A stretch of DNA of 48,384 bases from Trichomonas gallinae (lineage: Eukaryota), in contig MRSU01001892.1 in the NCBI GenBank assembly GCA_008369845.1, positions 1 to 48,384 of the forward strand. The letters run 5' to 3'. The notes beneath the pieces were generated by a model. It ran no database searches. It saw only the letters and a program-made list of their open reading frames with translations, and was not told where the DNA came from. The translations under genes were made by a program, and so were the position numbers. Shown here piece by piece: positions 44,889 through 48,384 of this stretch (positions are counted from its first letter, which is position 1; every line of letters starts with the position of its first letter).

Positions 44889-46019
44889 ATGTTAATTTCT
44901 CTTTTGGAAATATTAAAAATTTCCAAAAGAGAACAAAATTTTTATAATTTAAATCATGATTCAATTCTAAATAACCTATTATTGAACTCTGATTTCGAAT
45001 ATTTTTATTCTCGAAATTCGAATATTGAACAAAATCAGAATATTCGTCTTCATTCATCTCCAAAACCACCTGAATATATTCAAGTATCGCGAAAATCCAG
45101 AAATGTCTTTACAGATCGAGAAGAAGTTGCAATTTACAGAACAATTTTTGTTTCATGCTCCTCTCCTAAGCGAGGAGGTGCAGTATACGTTCAAAATGAT
45201 TACACAACAATGAAATTAATGAATAACGGATTTTTCAATTGTTCTTCGAAATTTACGAATGGAGCTTTGTTTTTCAGAGGCAGAGAGTCAATAGGACGAT
45301 ACAATTGTTATGACACTTGCACAGGAAAAATGGCGGGAAATTTAAATTCGCAAGCTTTTATAATCTTAGCTACAAACAATTTTCTTAACTCATTAAATTA
45401 CACGTCATTAATTGCATGTTCGCCATTGAAATCACGTGGTAGAGACACTCCTGGCTCGATTAAGTTTGGAATTTGCATTTTTTACCATTGCAACTCGTCG
45501 TATAATCATATGCTATCTAAGACATGTGGGATCATGATAACTGAGTCAGATGAGAACTCAATTACGAAATTAAATTATTTTTACAATAATACAGGATTTT
45601 CTACATTTAATGAACAGGATCCCAAACATTCACATCAGATGTCATATTGTAATTTCATTCGCAACGAGTTATCTAGTATAGGATCAGTTGTTTTGATTCA
45701 TGAAAATCATCTTTTTGTTTATAAAGTTATTTTCGCGAATAACAACGGTAAATTGATATCTACAGTAGCAAACAGTCAATATACATTAGACTCCTGCGTT
45801 TTTGATTTACCATTAGAGAAATTACTTATTCCAAAGAATATTATCATTAATAATTGCAAATTCAATGATGAAGACATAACATTCAACGATGTTCCTTCTT
45901 TTGCTAGAGATTTATGCTGGAATAATTGCGGAAATAACAAAAAGTGCATTCACAACATGCTCAAACAGAAATACCAAGACTTCATCGACATAGTTCCAAC
46001 ACCTGATGATGATGACTAA
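44889..46019 (+). CDS. Right-handed beta-helix (pectin lyase/Pmp-like) hypothetical protein
   Basis: FVSCSS..RGGAVY, FFNCSS..NGALFF and repeated FxxN/CxF motifs. Confidence 0.55.
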   Translation: MLISLLEILKISKREQNFYNLNHDSILNNLLLNSDFEYFYSRNSNIEQNQNIRLHSSPKPPEYIQVSRKSRNVFTDREEVAIYRTIFVSCSSPKRGGAVYVQNDYTTMKLMNNGFFNCSSKFTNGALFFRGRESIGRYNCYDTCTGKMAGNLNSQAFIILATNNFLNSLNYTSLIACSPLKSRGRDTPGSIKFGICIFYHCNSSYNHMLSKTCGIMITESDENSITKLNYFYNNTGFSTFNEQDPKHSHQMSYCNFIRNELSSIGSVVLIHENHLFVYKVIFANNNGKLISTVANSQYTLDSCVFDLPLEKLLIPKNIIINNCKFNDEDITFNDVPSFARDLCWNNCGNNKKCIHNMLKQKYQDFIDIVPTPDDDD

Positions 46020-46281
46020 TTTTAAAGCAGGATATTATGAAAAATAATTATTTTGTCAAAATTTTGCTTAAATGGTTCATTAACATGAGATTTAGATCCT
46101 TAGTATTCTTTTTCTCATACTCTAATGCAATAAAAACAATTAATAAAATTCAATTCATTAAATCAAATTAAAAATAGAAGTTTTAGAGGTCATTTAACTT
46201 ATTTTACATGAAATAATCATTTATAGATATTGATTTGGACGATAAGCAAATATTTTTTTAATTAAACAATAATTTTTCTTT

Positions 46282-46935
46282 TTAAACGCGGTTATTCTTA
46301 GAAATATGGCCAATAATACTAAGATCGTCATTATCGTCGTGAAAAGATATAAACTCGTCTGTTCCATCTTCACTTTGAGTTGTTCCGAACAATTTAAAGT
46401 TGTTTATAGCCAGGCACGGAGCCCATCCTGGGCAAGGCTCGTTCTGTATAATCCTCACGTACTTGGCCGTATACTCCTTATCGAGCTTATATGATTTCTC
46501 GTTGCAGCGTCTCATTGAGTCGTCTTTATCTACCCGGTGAATTTCTTGCCACGTTTAGTTGTCGTTTGAGGTTTGCAGGCTCCAGCTGTAAAGGCAGCAG
46601 TCTACACACCTGTAGACATCATCTTCGCAACAGCAACCGCCGTAGCAGTAGCCGCATCTAACGAAATAGCCATTAAATTTAAAGAATTTGTTTTGTAAGG
46701 AATAAGCAATCCAAGGATGCTGATCATAAGATGAAGTTCCGATGTTTGAGCACCAATCGTATATCTTATCCCATGGATTAATCGAATATTCAGGTTTTGT
46801 ATATTGCAAAGTGCCGTTTATTGTTTGTTTTGCAGTTCCACTTACATCAATTGATATGATTTTCTCGTTGAAATGCTTGCAGAAAATTCCATTTTCGAAT
46901 ATTTTACCTCGAACGAAAAAAGAAAATAAAATTTC
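46282..46935 (-). pseudogene. Cys-rich discoidin-like family copy with in-frame TAA and no in-frame ATG
   Basis: QTSNDN*TWQEIHRVDKDDSMRRCN aligns with QISDDNITWTEIHKVEKDYSMRQCN of the neighbouring copy. The ATG after TCATT is out of frame. Confidence 0.8.
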
Positions 46936-47376
46936 ATTAATGAAAAAAGAAAATAAACTAGAAATACTTAAAATACACACATACAGGCATAGTATTGTTT
47001 AATTTCACTTTGAAATCGGTTGATTGCTAATGATTTCTGAATTTTGATTTTGATAAACATTCTAGTTAACATTTAATAGTCAATATTCTATCTTTATAGA
47101 AACTATAGATATCATTGCATCAATACAGGCATGCGATTTTCATTAATATTAATTCATTTTTGATAATAATGGAATTGGTGATGATATTATATGAAATCGG
47201 ACTAAAAATTAGATAAAGAAAATAATATTAGAATGTCAGAATATGTTATGCAAAAATAAATTTCAATTTTTATAATTTTTACATGGAATATTTTAATTAA
47301 TCAATTTTAATATATGTTTTGAGCGTGTAAATAACATACTTAATGGTACGGTTTACTATGAACAAAATTAAAAAAA

Positions 47377-48027
47377 TTAATCCATTTTTTGTTTGTTTTC
47401 AATGTGTCCGATAATGCTTATATCATCATCGTCGTCATGGGAAGAAATAAATTCTTCCTTTTCAATTCCATCTTCAATTGTTTCACCTAGAAACTCAATT
47501 TTGTTTAATGCGATGCAAGGCGGCCATCCAGGGCAAGATTCGGTTTGCATAATCCTCACATACCTTGCTACATACTCCTGATCCAGTTTATACGTCTTCT
47601 GGTTGCATTGTCGCATGGAATAATCTTTTTCAACTTTGTGGATTTCTGTCCACGTTATATTATCATCGGAGATCTGCAGCGACCAGCTGTATATGCAGCA
47701 GACGAAGCACCCGTAATCATCTTCGCAGCAACATCCTTCATAGCAGCATCCTGAGCGCATAAAATATCCATTAATCTTCATTTTGCGTTTTTTAATGCCA
47801 AAAACAATCCAAGGATGCACATCATAAGTTTTACCTACATTTGAACACCAATCATACCTCTTTACCCATGGATAAACAGCATATTCAGGTTTTGTTAATT
47901 GCCTGCTTCCATTTATATCCTGTTTGGTTGATCCGCTGGCTTCTATGATGATGTATTTCTCGTGAAAATGCTTCGAGAAGATTCCAGACGGATCAGTAGA
48001 TAAGGAAAAAGAAAAAAAGAAAAACAT
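47377..48027 (-). CDS. Secreted Cys-rich protein with discoidin (F5/8 type C)-like fold
   Basis: Signal-like MFFFFSFSLS; SWSLQISDDNITWTEI, ARYVRIMQ and LNKIEFLG; insert GCCYEGCCCEDDYGCFVCC. Confidence 0.75.
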   Translation of the reverse strand: MFFFFSFSLSTDPSGIFSKHFHEKYIIIEASGSTKQDINGSRQLTKPEYAVYPWVKRYDWCSNVGKTYDVHPWIVFGIKKRKMKINGYFMRSGCCYEGCCCEDDYGCFVCCIYSWSLQISDDNITWTEIHKVEKDYSMRQCNQKTYKLDQEYVARYVRIMQTESCPGWPPCIALNKIEFLGETIEDGIEKEEFISSHDDDDDISIIGHIENKQKMD

Positions 48028-48042
48028 TTGTCACTTTTTACA
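48028..48042. promoter_or_regulatory. 15-bp spacer between divergent ATGs containing TCACT (+) and AAAGTGAC (-)
   Basis: CAT-ttgtcactttttaca-ATG. Confidence 0.6.
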
Positions 48043-48384
48043 ATGATTTATTCATTTTTGTTTTTTTAGCGGAGCCAACCTAAAGATGGGATATTTGCTA
48101 AGTACTACGGTGACAAGGAAGTCATAATAGATGTAAGTGGATCATCCAAACAGGATATAAACGGAACCAGACAAATTACGAAACCAGAATATTCGATTTA
48201 TCCATGGGAGATAATTACGACTGGTGCTCTAATCTAGGAAGGTCTTATGACGCGCATCCTTGGAAATCATATTCATTGAATAATAAATTATTTAAATTCA
48301 ATTCATATTTCATAAGATGCGGTTGCTGCTATGATTTGTGTTGCTGTGAAGATGACGGATATGGATGCTTCGATTGCTGCTTGT
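48043..48384 (+). pseudogene. Third family copy, running off the window, with TAG and a frameshift
   Basis: MIYSFLFF*RSQPKDGIF...KPEYSIYPWE, a 1-nt frameshift near 48210, then NYDWCSN...RCGCCYDLCCCEDDGYGCFDCCL. Not in the ORF track. Confidence 0.85.

Noticed and set aside
7355..48069. Alternative genetic code explaining the in-frame stops
   Set aside because: All three stop types occur internally, TAA and TAG clearly end conserved genes, and most affected loci also carry frameshifts.

Overview
AT-rich eukaryotic genomic DNA with densely packed, apparently intronless genes. It is very likely Trichomonas vaginalis or a close trichomonad, inferred from an IBP39-type initiator-binding-domain gene, a BspA LRR gene, TCAYT initiators and AAAGTGAC motifs next to start codons, stop codons often read as TAAA, and decayed ankyrin genes. 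About 25 genes are present. Recognisable ones include a repeat-helix/DIL-domain protein, a possible miniature bridge-like lipid transfer protein, an alpha/beta hydrolase, queuosine salvage QNG1, RPL38, a CFAP119-like protein, BspA, CLPTM1, an EF-hand protein, primase large subunit, a PP4-like phosphatase, membrane-anchored phospholipase B, a CAMK kinase and an amino-acid transporter. There is also a three-copy Cys-rich discoidin-like family, a 257-bp TTAA-flanked MITE and several pseudogenes. The most unusual signals are: helically phased TG(A/T)CA arrays upstream of genes; two conserved genes with no usable AUG but similar A-rich GTTTTG contexts; single in-frame stops in otherwise intact frames; and two head-to-head paralogs whose ATGs are 15 bp apart. 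All family assignments are by eye from motifs; no database search was run.
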